From an uncultured Verrucomicrobiae bacterium (GTDB lineage: Bacteria; Verrucomicrobiota; Verrucomicrobiia; Chthoniobacterales; UBA10450), in NCBI GenBank assembly GCA_963756875.1, contig CAVWPA010000003.1, positions 832,001 through 896,000 on the forward strand: DNA of 64,000 bases, given 5' to 3'. The notes beneath the pieces are model-generated. The model was not told where the DNA came from, searched no databases, and worked only from the letters and a program-made list of their open reading frames with translations. The stretch's first letter is position 1. Every line of letters begins with the position of its first letter. This document shows, in pieces, positions 50,660-58,943 of this stretch. The translations under genes and the position numbers were made by a program.

Positions 50660-51631
50660 ATGCAGCGGCCCGAGCAACGCGACGAGGTCGAGATGCTCGC
50701 GCTGATGCTGTTGATTCGACGTTTCGAAGAGCGCGCGAGTCAGCAATATCAGGCGCAGAAGATCGGCGGCTTTTGCCATCTTTATATCGGCCAGGAGGCT
50801 GTCGCAGTGGGCGCGGTCGCGGCCACTCGCCCAGACGATTACATCATTACCGCTTACCGCGATCACGGCCATGCTCTCGCGCGCGGCACGAGCGCAAACG
50901 CCTGCATGGCGGAACTTTTCGGCAAGGAGACCGGCTGCTCGCGCGGTCTCGGCGGTTCCATGCACTTTTTCGACAAGGAACATCACATGTACGGTGGGCA
51001 TGCGATCGTCGGGGCGCACGTTCCGCTCGCTGCCGGGATGGCTTTCGCCTCAAAATATCGTGGAGAAGATCGCGTGACGCTTTGCTTTTTCGGCGATGGC
51101 GCGATCAATCAAGGTTCGTTTCACGAAGCGCTCAATCTCATCGCTCTTTACAAACTGCCCGTGGTCCTGGTCTGCGAGAATAATTTGTTCGCAATGGGCA
51201 CGTCCGTGAAAAGATCCACCGCGTTGAAGCAGATCGTCGATCGGGCCGAAGGTTACGACATCCCCGGCGAGGTGGTCGACGGAATGAATTTTCGGGAAGT
51301 GCGCGATAAGCTGGCTGAAATCATCGAGTCGATCCGCAAAGAAGCGCATCCGGCCTTTGTCGAAGTACGCACCTACCGGTATCGCGGTCATTCCATGTCC
51401 GATCCGGCGAGTTATCGGACAAAAGATGAGCTGGAAAAATATCGGTTGGACGACCCGATTATCCGCCTGCGCGCGCAACTGACTCGCGAAGGGACGCTAA
51501 CCAACGAGCAGTTCGACAAGATCGATAAACAGGCGAAAGAAACGGCGCTCGAAGCGGTCACATTCGCGGAGAAAAGCGCCGATCCGCCGTTGGCGAAGCT
51601 TTACGATTACGTTTATGCCAACGGAGCGTAG
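50660..51631 (+). CDS. pdhA: Pyruvate dehydrogenase E1 alpha
   Basis: GFCHLYIGQEA, YRDHG, GGSMH, FGDGA, TYRYRGHSMSDP. Confidence 0.96.
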   Translation: MQRPEQRDEVEMLALMLLIRRFEERASQQYQAQKIGGFCHLYIGQEAVAVGAVAATRPDDYIITAYRDHGHALARGTSANACMAELFGKETGCSRGLGGSMHFFDKEHHMYGGHAIVGAHVPLAAGMAFASKYRGEDRVTLCFFGDGAINQGSFHEALNLIALYKLPVVLVCENNLFAMGTSVKRSTALKQIVDRAEGYDIPGEVVDGMNFREVRDKLAEIIESIRKEAHPAFVEVRTYRYRGHSMSDPASYRTKDELEKYRLDDPIIRLRAQLTREGTLTNEQFDKIDKQAKETALEAVTFAEKSADPPLAKLYDYVYANGA

Positions 51632-51723
51632 ACTTGTCGTCTGTGCAGCCAATGGCGTGGCAGCCGGCTGCTGCAGCGGTTTCGCTCTGCAGAACGCGGC
51701 ACTCGGGATGATCACATAGTGCC

Positions 51724-52707
51724 ATGAGAGAAATTACCTATCGTCAGGCGCTCAATGAAGCGCTCGCTGAAGAGCTCGAGCGTGATCCGAACGTCTTTCT
51801 CATGGGAGAAGAGGTAGCTGAATATAACGGGGCCTACAAAGTAAGTCAGGGCTTGCTGGAACGCTTCGGTCCCAAACGCATCATCGATACGCCCATCAGC
51901 GAGAATGGCTTTGCCGGACTTGGCGTTGGCGCGGCGATGGTTGGCCTGCGTCCGATCATCGAGTTCATGACGTTTAGCTTTTCATTGGTGGCGTTCGACC
52001 AGGTGGTGAATAACGCTCCCAACATGTTCACGATGTCTGGCGGCCAGTTCAATATCCCAATCACGTTTCGTGGTCCCAATGGCCCTGCGCATCAGCTCGC
52101 GGCCACGCATTCCCACGCCACGGAGCCATGGTACGCCAACGTGCCGGGCCTCAAAGTATGTACGCCGGCCACCCCGCGCGACGCCAAAGGCCTTTTGAAA
52201 ACAGCGGTGCGCGACGACAATCCGGTGCTGGTGCTCGAAGCGGAGCTTCTCTACAGCTCCAAGGGATTGGTCGAACCACCGGACCAGGAGCTGCTGATTC
52301 CGCTCGGTGAGGCCGAAGTGAAGCGCGAAGGCGGCGATGTGTCGATCATCTGCTACGCGCAAACCGTTCCACTGGCTCTGGCGGCGGCCGCACAGCTCGA
52401 AGAGGAGGATATTTCCGCCGAGATTATCGATCTCCGCTCGATCAAGCCGCTCGACGAACGCGGGATTTTCAATTCGGTCGCAAAAACACATCGCGCCGTG
52501 GTGGTGGAACAAAACCGGCCTTTTTGCGGGGTGGGTGCGGAAGTTTGTTACCGGATTCAGAAAAATATCTTCGATGAGCTCGATGCGCCGGTTCTGCGCG
52601 TTTCACAGGAGGATGTGCCGATTCCTTACAACGAAAAATGGGAAGAGGCCGTCCTGCCGAACATGGACAAACTAATCGCAGCGGTGAAAAAGGTCTGCTA
52701 CGCATAA
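51724..52707 (+). CDS. pdhB: Pyruvate dehydrogenase E1 beta
   Basis: GEEVAEYNGAYKVS, DTPISE, FRGPNG, IDLRSIKPLD. Confidence 0.96.
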   Translation: MREITYRQALNEALAEELERDPNVFLMGEEVAEYNGAYKVSQGLLERFGPKRIIDTPISENGFAGLGVGAAMVGLRPIIEFMTFSFSLVAFDQVVNNAPNMFTMSGGQFNIPITFRGPNGPAHQLAATHSHATEPWYANVPGLKVCTPATPRDAKGLLKTAVRDDNPVLVLEAELLYSSKGLVEPPDQELLIPLGEAEVKREGGDVSIICYAQTVPLALAAAAQLEEEDISAEIIDLRSIKPLDERGIFNSVAKTHRAVVVEQNRPFCGVGAEVCYRIQKNIFDELDAPVLRVSQEDVPIPYNEKWEEAVLPNMDKLIAAVKKVCYA

Positions 52708-52713
52708 TTTCTC

Positions 52714-54063
52714 ATGCCCGAGATTCAAATGCCCAAGCTGAGTGACACGATGACGGAGGGAACGCTGGTCTCGTGGAAAAAGAAAAAGGGGGACAAGGTC
52801 TCTGCCGGGGACGTGATCGCGGAGATCGAGACCGACAAGGCGACCATGGAATGGGAGTCGCCCGAGGACGGAACCCTGAGCGAGATTTACGTCCAGGAAG
52901 GCGGCAAGGTTAACGTCGGCGATCGAATCGCATTTATCGGAGGCGAAGGCGAAGAAGTGCCAGCCGAGAAAAAGAAAGAGAAAAAGCCGACAGAAACCAA
53001 ATCGAAAGAAGAACAGGCGAAACAGGGCGAAGAAAAAGCGAAGCCCGGGCAAAAGGAAGAGAAGACAAAGCCTGAGAAAAAAGGGGAAAAGAAACCGGCG
53101 CCTAAAAAGGGGAAAAGATCCGAGGAGCAAACTGTAGAGGCAGGCGTGTCGCCTGCGCAGACACAACCGCCGCCACAGACCGAAGAAGCTCGCGTGAAAG
53201 CTTCGCCAGTCGCGAGACGAGTCGCGGCCGAGCTTGGCGTCGATCTTTCCAGCGTCAACGGGACCGGTCCCGAGGGTCGCGTGACTGAAACCGATGTGCG
53301 TGCCGCGGCCAAGTCCGCCGGCGCTGCACCGGGTGTGCAACCAAAGCTTGCACCGTCGATCAAGCCCGGTGAAGGCGCGCGCATCGCTCTTTCCGGAATG
53401 CGGAAAGTCATTGCGCAGCGCCTGGTCGAAAGCCTCGGTCCCATCCCGCATTTTTATCTCAACATCGACGTCGATGCTGGACCGCTGATGGCGGCGCGCG
53501 AGGAACTGAAATCTGCCGGCGAAGGTGCAGACGCCGCAAAGATCACGGTCAACGACTTCGTTTTGAAAGCAGCCGTGCAGGCTGCGGTCAAAGTTCCACG
53601 CGTGAATGCCTCATTCGATGGCGACGCAATCGTCCAGTACGCCGACGTCGATCTTGGTATCGCGGTCGCAATTGAAGAGGGCTTGTTGACTCCCGTCATT
53701 CGCGCCGCGCAGAACAAATCGCTCCGCGAAATCAGCGAGTTGGTCAAGGATCTCGCCCATCGCGCGCGCAACAGGCGAATGAAGCCTGAGGAATTTCAAG
53801 GAGGCACGTTCACCGTATCGAATCTGGGCGGGCTGGGCATCGATAGCTTCTCCGCTGTCATCAATCCGCCGCAGGGCTTCATCCTCGCAATCGGCAAGGT
53901 CGCCAAAATCCCGGTAGTGGATGATTCGGATCGGGTCGTCGTCGGCCATCGGATGTCGATCACAATGAGCTGCGACCATCGTGTGATCGACGGCGCTCTC
54001 GGCGCGGAATATCTGAAGGAACTGCGCCACCTGCTGGAAAATCCAGCGTTGCTGCTGGTTTGA
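52714..54063 (+). CDS. pdhC: Pyruvate dehydrogenase E2 dihydrolipoamide acetyltransferase
   Basis: Lipoyl ETDKATME, ASPVARR binding domain, DHRVIDGA. Confidence 0.96.
   Translation: MPEIQMPKLSDTMTEGTLVSWKKKKGDKVSAGDVIAEIETDKATMEWESPEDGTLSEIYVQEGGKVNVGDRIAFIGGEGEEVPAEKKKEKKPTETKSKEEQAKQGEEKAKPGQKEEKTKPEKKGEKKPAPKKGKRSEEQTVEAGVSPAQTQPPPQTEEARVKASPVARRVAAELGVDLSSVNGTGPEGRVTETDVRAAAKSAGAAPGVQPKLAPSIKPGEGARIALSGMRKVIAQRLVESLGPIPHFYLNIDVDAGPLMAAREELKSAGEGADAAKITVNDFVLKAAVQAAVKVPRVNASFDGDAIVQYADVDLGIAVAIEEGLLTPVIRAAQNKSLREISELVKDLAHRARNRRMKPEEFQGGTFTVSNLGGLGIDSFSAVINPPQGFILAIGKVAKIPVVDDSDRVVVGHRMSITMSCDHRVIDGALGAEYLKELRHLLENPALLLV
53134..53156 (+). repeat. Single GTAG REP in frame within the pdhC linker
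   Basis: 22/23 identical to the reverse complement of intergenic 61949-61971. Confidence 0.8.
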
Positions 54064-54079
54064 GACGGCGATTGCGGGC

Positions 54080-54556
54080 TCAGGGCGCCGCGGTTTCCCA
54101 CGTCATGAAATCGTCCAGATCGTCTCTGCTGGTTCGGACCGCGAAGGAAATGACCGTCGCATCGTCGATGAATCCGAGAAACGGCACCTCATCCGGAATC
54201 AGGTCGAACGGATCGACCAGATAATTGAGCGCGGTAACGATCGACAAGAGCGCGTCGTTCGAAACGGCGCGGTATTCGCCGCGCGAGTAAGCCCGGGCCA
54301 GCCGCAACATCGTCTGCAAGTAAGGCCAGCTCTCCCTTAACGGCTCTTTTGGAATCGAGGCCAGCTTCTCCGACGCCTCCTCAACCAGCGCGCGCAACTG
54401 CGCCTTATCTCCGGTGCACGATTTTGCATTCAGCAACGCTCTGGCAAATGCGCTGCTTCGAAGCGCAGCTTTCTGATGTGGGGTGTGCCTCTCTGTTTTA
54501 CGGGCGCCATTACCTACGCGTCGTCTGCGGGCCGGCTTGGTCTTAACTTTTTTCAC
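54080..54556 (-). CDS. YkvA/DUF1232 family protein
   Basis: ALNYLVDPFDLIPDEVPFLGFIDD. Confidence 0.9.
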   Translation of the reverse strand: MKKVKTKPARRRRVGNGARKTERHTPHQKAALRSSAFARALLNAKSCTGDKAQLRALVEEASEKLASIPKEPLRESWPYLQTMLRLARAYSRGEYRAVSNDALLSIVTALNYLVDPFDLIPDEVPFLGFIDDATVISFAVRTSRDDLDDFMTWETAAP

Positions 54557-54608
54557 GGAGCGCCATCAAAGCAGTTGGGAGAGAGTTTGAGAAGCGCATT
54601 CGACGTTT

Positions 54609-54671
54609 GTGGCATCGCCTCCCAGGCGATAGGTCCGGGTCCGGGGACCATCGGCAAGATGCCGCTGCCAT
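54609..54671. repeat. GTGG-type REP-like doublet
   Basis: GTGGCATCGCCTCCCAGGCGAT ... CATCGGCAAGATGCCGCTGCCAT. Confidence 0.6.
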
Positions 54672-55688
54672 TTACGGCTTGGTTGCGAGGATGAGCGGTG
54701 AATGGGTGGGGTTTTCGACCGGGCGGGCATCTTTGAACCCGGCTTCGTCGAGCCAGCTCTTGATTTCGTTGAAACTGAACGTGTCGCCCTTTTCCGTGTT
54801 TACCAGCATGTTCACCGCAAACATGAGCCCGGGAAGCGGCTCCGTGCGGTCCTCATTGACCAGCCATTCCGCGATGGCAATTGTGCCGCCGGATTTAAGC
54901 GCGGAAAAAGTTTTCTTCAACAGCTTGCGGCTGCGTTCTTGGCCTTCGCTGTGCAAGATATGGCCGAGCGTCGCGATGTCGTAGCCGGTGCCAAAGTCCG
55001 CTTCGAGTATGTCACCCGCTACAAATTTGAAACGGTCCGCGACGCCAAATTTCTGCGTGATTCGTTTCGTGGTCGGAATCATTCCGCCCCAATCGACCGC
55101 CGTCACATGGACTTGCGGCGATTTTTGCGCCAGCACGATGCCCCAGACGCCGGAGCCGGCAGCGATGTCGAGCACTTGCACCGGCTGTTTTGCTTTAGCG
55201 AGTTCCAGGTGGTCTCCCAACGCCTGCGCGCTGGGGAAGCTCATCGGCATGATATTCTCAACCAAACCGGAGAAGAAATTCGTGCCTTCGTCTTCCTTGT
55301 TGGCGGCCATGGCCGGTTGCCCTGTGCGCACGACCTCATCGAGTTGCGCCCACTTTGGCACCAACTGCATGATGTTCAGGCCAAAGAACCCGGCGAGACT
55401 GCCCGGCTTGTTGCTGACGAGAAAGGCTTTGCTCTCCGGCGTCAGCGAATACGCATCTCGATTTTTTTTCAGTAACTCGAGGCCAACGAGCACGTCCATT
55501 ATCATTCGCAAGCCGCGTTCGGAGGACCCCGTTTCCTTGCTGATCTGTCCGGCGGTTTTCGGTCCGTGCTCAAGGGAATCAAATACTTTGTTGTTAACCG
55601 CCGCTCCGATCACAAGGGGCGGCGCGTAGGCGAAGCCAAATCCCAGCAAGCGTTCCGGAGTTACCTGGTCATTTTCGGATGGTTGCAT
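54672..55688 (-). CDS. SAM-dependent O-methyltransferase with dimerisation domain
   Basis: N-terminal wHTH; VLDIAAGSG, GDI, GHILH, LKSGG. Confidence 0.9.
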   Translation of the reverse strand: MQPSENDQVTPERLLGFGFAYAPPLVIGAAVNNKVFDSLEHGPKTAGQISKETGSSERGLRMIMDVLVGLELLKKNRDAYSLTPESKAFLVSNKPGSLAGFFGLNIMQLVPKWAQLDEVVRTGQPAMAANKEDEGTNFFSGLVENIMPMSFPSAQALGDHLELAKAKQPVQVLDIAAGSGVWGIVLAQKSPQVHVTAVDWGGMIPTTKRITQKFGVADRFKFVAGDILEADFGTGYDIATLGHILHSEGQERSRKLLKKTFSALKSGGTIAIAEWLVNEDRTEPLPGLMFAVNMLVNTEKGDTFSFNEIKSWLDEAGFKDARPVENPTHSPLILATKP

Positions 55689-55711
55689 ATTCGTTAGGCG
55701 GATAAAACAAG

Positions 55712-56302
55712 CTACTTCCCGATTTTGATGCCTCGCATCAGCGCGATATTGCTCAGGTCCCGCGCCTGCGTGATGATCGAGGCTTCGTCGCCTTTGAGGT
55801 ACTGAGGGTCGAAGGCCTTCGGCTTGTGGCCGAACGACGCCGGATCGGCGGTTTTATTGACGATCGCGACCGCCTTGTGGAGGTACTCGCGTGTCGCCTT
55901 GTATCTCTCCCTGGCGGCGACATCCAAAGTCTTGGAAAACGCCCGTTCGTCGGCCGTCAGAACGCCCGTTGCAGCGGGCCGACCGGAAGACGTCGGCGTT
56001 GAAACCGAGATCCCGCTCAGCAACGCGTCGTTGCTCAAATTTCGCGCCTTCGCGATGATCGAGGCCTCGTCGCCGCCAAGGTACTTGGCATCGAAGTCTT
56101 TCGGCTTGCGACCCAGCGATATCGGATCGGCGGTTTTATTAACGATCGCTGCCGCCCGGTGGAAGTACTCACGCGTGGTCGTGTATCTCGCCCGAGCCGT
56201 GGCATTCAATCCTTTGGAAAAGGCCTGCTCGGCAGGCGTTAAGTCCGCCTGGGCGATGGTCGCCGCGCCGACGAGAAGAAACGAAAGGATCAGAGTTTTC
56301 AT
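55712..56302 (-). CDS. Secreted hypothetical protein with two ~78-aa repeats
   Basis: Signal peptide ending AQA; two closely similar LTxxExAFSK...TREY...IVNKTADP...GDEASII...LSN units. Confidence 0.8.
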   Translation of the reverse strand: MKTLILSFLLVGAATIAQADLTPAEQAFSKGLNATARARYTTTREYFHRAAAIVNKTADPISLGRKPKDFDAKYLGGDEASIIAKARNLSNDALLSGISVSTPTSSGRPAATGVLTADERAFSKTLDVAARERYKATREYLHKAVAIVNKTADPASFGHKPKAFDPQYLKGDEASIITQARDLSNIALMRGIKIGK

Positions 56303-56492
56303 TCAGAAGATCTCCTGCGAGGAAGGGATTTCTAGCGCGCATTTCGCTTGAAGCCGCCCCACCGAATCAGAGTAACTCCCTTACTCGTCAATGCAATAGA
56401 CGCGCTTGGCCGCGGGGGATGACGTGGTCGCTTCCAAATCCGGCTGCGTCTCTTGCGTTGATCGCGCCATTCGGCGAGCGTCGGCTTAGATC

Positions 56493-56897
56493 GTGACAGA
56501 GAATCCGGAGAAGCCATTGCGGACCGTTTCGTTTGTGGTCCACGCAACGCGCGGCGTCATTCGCGATGCGAACACAAGGCGCAAAGCCATGCTTGGTTTG
56601 GTCGTCGCCGCTCTGGTTCTTCTGCTCGCCGGCTCGACCATTTTGCATCAGGCACTTAATCCGCGCGAGCACCCCGGCCGGTTCATCTTCTTCTGGGTGC
56701 TTTGTGGCTGGCTCGCGTTGACCGCGATGCTGCTCGCCGTTTTCGATTTTCTGATGGTGAGGCTCGAGGCGCGGAAAGCGGAAAGGATGTTGCGCGAAAA
56801 ACTTGCGCAAACACAAGTTCCGGACCCACCCGGTTCGACACGCTTGAAGCAATCGGGGACCGCGAAGTCTTTCGAAGTCGATCAAGAACCGAAGTGA
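56493..56897 (+). CDS. Hypothetical two-TM membrane protein
   Basis: Two hydrophobic helices, charged tail. Confidence 0.65.
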   Translation: MTENPEKPLRTVSFVVHATRGVIRDANTRRKAMLGLVVAALVLLLAGSTILHQALNPREHPGRFIFFWVLCGWLALTAMLLAVFDFLMVRLEARKAERMLREKLAQTQVPDPPGSTRLKQSGTAKSFEVDQEPK

Positions 56898-56949
56898 TCG
56901 GGCACGCAACGCTTGCGCTGTTTGCGGCGGTCGCCGATTATCGCACGCT

Positions 56950-57651
56950 TTGAAATTCTCGAACAAAATTGGCAAAGTCGCGCGCGGCGAGGCATATCGG
57001 CGTGCGTGGCGAAGGATGCAACGCAAACTCCATCCTATTCCTTTGCGGCCGCTGCTGGCGAAGATCGACCACGATCATCTTCGAGAGATCCAGGCGCGGT
57101 ATCCTTTCTCACCATTAAAGGCTTCGAAGTACACGGACGTCGAACACTGGTTGAGGCTTAACATCGAACGCGTCCAGGATTTAAAGCTTAATCAGATGCC
57201 ACCTCAGCAAATTCTCGATCTTGGCTGCGGCGGCGGTTTTTTTCTTTTCATCTGCCGCGAGCTCGGTCACCGCTGTTTGGGACTGGACCAGGAAGGGTTC
57301 CCGGTTTTCCGCGAACTTGTCGATCTTCTCCGGATAGAAAGAGAAATCTGGCAGATCAAAGCATTCGAACCGGTCCCTGATTTTGGCCGCAAGTTCGACT
57401 GGATCACCGGGTTTTCGACCGGCTTCAATCGGAACGCCGACCGATCGCTGTGGGGCCCGCGCGAATGGTCCTTTTTTCTTCAGGACCTCACCAAACATTT
57501 GCGGCCCGGCGGCAAGATGTTTTTCGGACTCAATCCGGCACAGGACGGATGGTATTACACTGAGGAATTGCGGGATTTCTTTGTTGGCTGCGGCGCGATT
57601 GTGGAGCGGGAACGCGTCTTTTTTCCACAGGGCGTCGCCGCATCAGGCTGA
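56950..57651 (+). CDS. Class I SAM-dependent methyltransferase
   Basis: ILDLGCGGG, KFDWI, HLRPGG. Confidence 0.85.
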   Translation: MKFSNKIGKVARGEAYRRAWRRMQRKLHPIPLRPLLAKIDHDHLREIQARYPFSPLKASKYTDVEHWLRLNIERVQDLKLNQMPPQQILDLGCGGGFFLFICRELGHRCLGLDQEGFPVFRELVDLLRIEREIWQIKAFEPVPDFGRKFDWITGFSTGFNRNADRSLWGPREWSFFLQDLTKHLRPGGKMFFGLNPAQDGWYYTEELRDFFVGCGAIVERERVFFPQGVAASG

Positions 57652-57689
57652 TGTGATCATGCCGTAACGCCACGGCGCTTCAAATCCGA

Positions 57690-58928
57690 TTGCGCCGGCT
57701 GCGGCTCTCGGCGAGCATCGAGTCAACGGTGAACGATACGTCAAAAGAAAGACCTTCAGGATCAGTCAAATCGGTTCCGGCACAGGATGGCGGCTTTAAG
57801 TCGCGCGAGCAGATGGAAGCGACCGAACGCGCCACCCTTGCACCATTTGCGCAAAAATCCGGCGATTCGCGCGGCCGAAAATACCCCGAGCCGAGCCATG
57901 CTTATCGCACGGAATTTCAACGCGATCGGGCGCGCATTATTCACTCGCGCGCATTTCGCCGGCTCGAGTATAAGACGCAGGTTTTCCTCAACGGGACGGG
58001 CGACCATTTACGCACCCGCCTGACCCATTCGATCGAAGTCGCGTCGATCAGCCGCACGATCGCGCGCGCGTTATCGTTGAACGAGGATTTGGCGGAGGCA
58101 ATCGCGCTGGCGCACGATCTTGGCCACAGCCCTTTTGGACATTCGGGGGAAGAAATGCTGGCCGAATGCATGCAGGAGCACGGCGGATTCGAGCACAACC
58201 GGCAAAGTCTGCGCGTGGTCGAGTTGCTGGAAAATGCGTATCCGGATTTCCCCGGATTGAATCTTACTTTCGAAGTGCGCGAGGGCCTGCAAAAGCACCA
58301 GGCCTTTTACGATCCCCCCACAGCGGGCGAGGAGAAATACAAGTGCCCGTCGCTGGAAGCGCAAATCGCAAATCTGGCCGATGAAATTACCTATTACAGT
58401 CACGATCTCGACGACGCCGTCGATTTCGAAGTCCTTGACGCTGCGCAATTGGAGGAGAACGCGGTCTGGCAACGCAGTCACGGCGCGGTGGTGGCCCGCT
58501 ATCCGGACGCGCGCGAACCCGAGCTGCACAAATTGATCATTCGCGACATCATCGACGTGCAGGTGCGCGACGTCGTTACCAACAGCGCGCGGTCGATCCG
58601 GGACGCGAATGTGCGAAGCGCGGACGATGTTCGGAAGCAGCAAATGCCGCTCATTCGGTATAGCGATGAATTGCTGGAAGCGAATCGCGCGTTGCGAAAA
58701 TTTCTTTATGCCAATGTCTACTACCATCCGCGTGTGGCTGAAGTGAACCAGCGAGCGTGTGAGATGCTGCGAAAAGTGTTCGAAAGCTATCTCATCGACC
58801 CGGGCGAACTGGGAGAAACGGCGACAAAACGCATCGAACAGGAAGGATTGGAGCGCACGATCTGCGATTACATCGCCGGAATGACCGATCGTTACTTGAT
58901 GGAAGAGTATGTGCGAATCACCGGTTGA
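57690..58928 (+). CDS. dgt: dGTP triphosphohydrolase-like HD protein (start probably further downstream)
   Basis: FQRDRARIIHS, KTQVF, RTRLTHS, HDLGHSPFGH, DYIAGMTD. Confidence 0.93.
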   Translation: MRRLRLSASIESTVNDTSKERPSGSVKSVPAQDGGFKSREQMEATERATLAPFAQKSGDSRGRKYPEPSHAYRTEFQRDRARIIHSRAFRRLEYKTQVFLNGTGDHLRTRLTHSIEVASISRTIARALSLNEDLAEAIALAHDLGHSPFGHSGEEMLAECMQEHGGFEHNRQSLRVVELLENAYPDFPGLNLTFEVREGLQKHQAFYDPPTAGEEKYKCPSLEAQIANLADEITYYSHDLDDAVDFEVLDAAQLEENAVWQRSHGAVVARYPDAREPELHKLIIRDIIDVQVRDVVTNSARSIRDANVRSADDVRKQQMPLIRYSDELLEANRALRKFLYANVYYHPRVAEVNQRACEMLRKVFESYLIDPGELGETATKRIEQEGLERTICDYIAGMTDRYLMEEYVRITG

Positions 58929-58943
58929 ACAGGCCGGCGCGAC

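Noticed and set aside
52960..53130. A-rich low-complexity DNA in pdhC
   Set aside because: Ordinary Lys/Glu/Pro-rich E2 linker.
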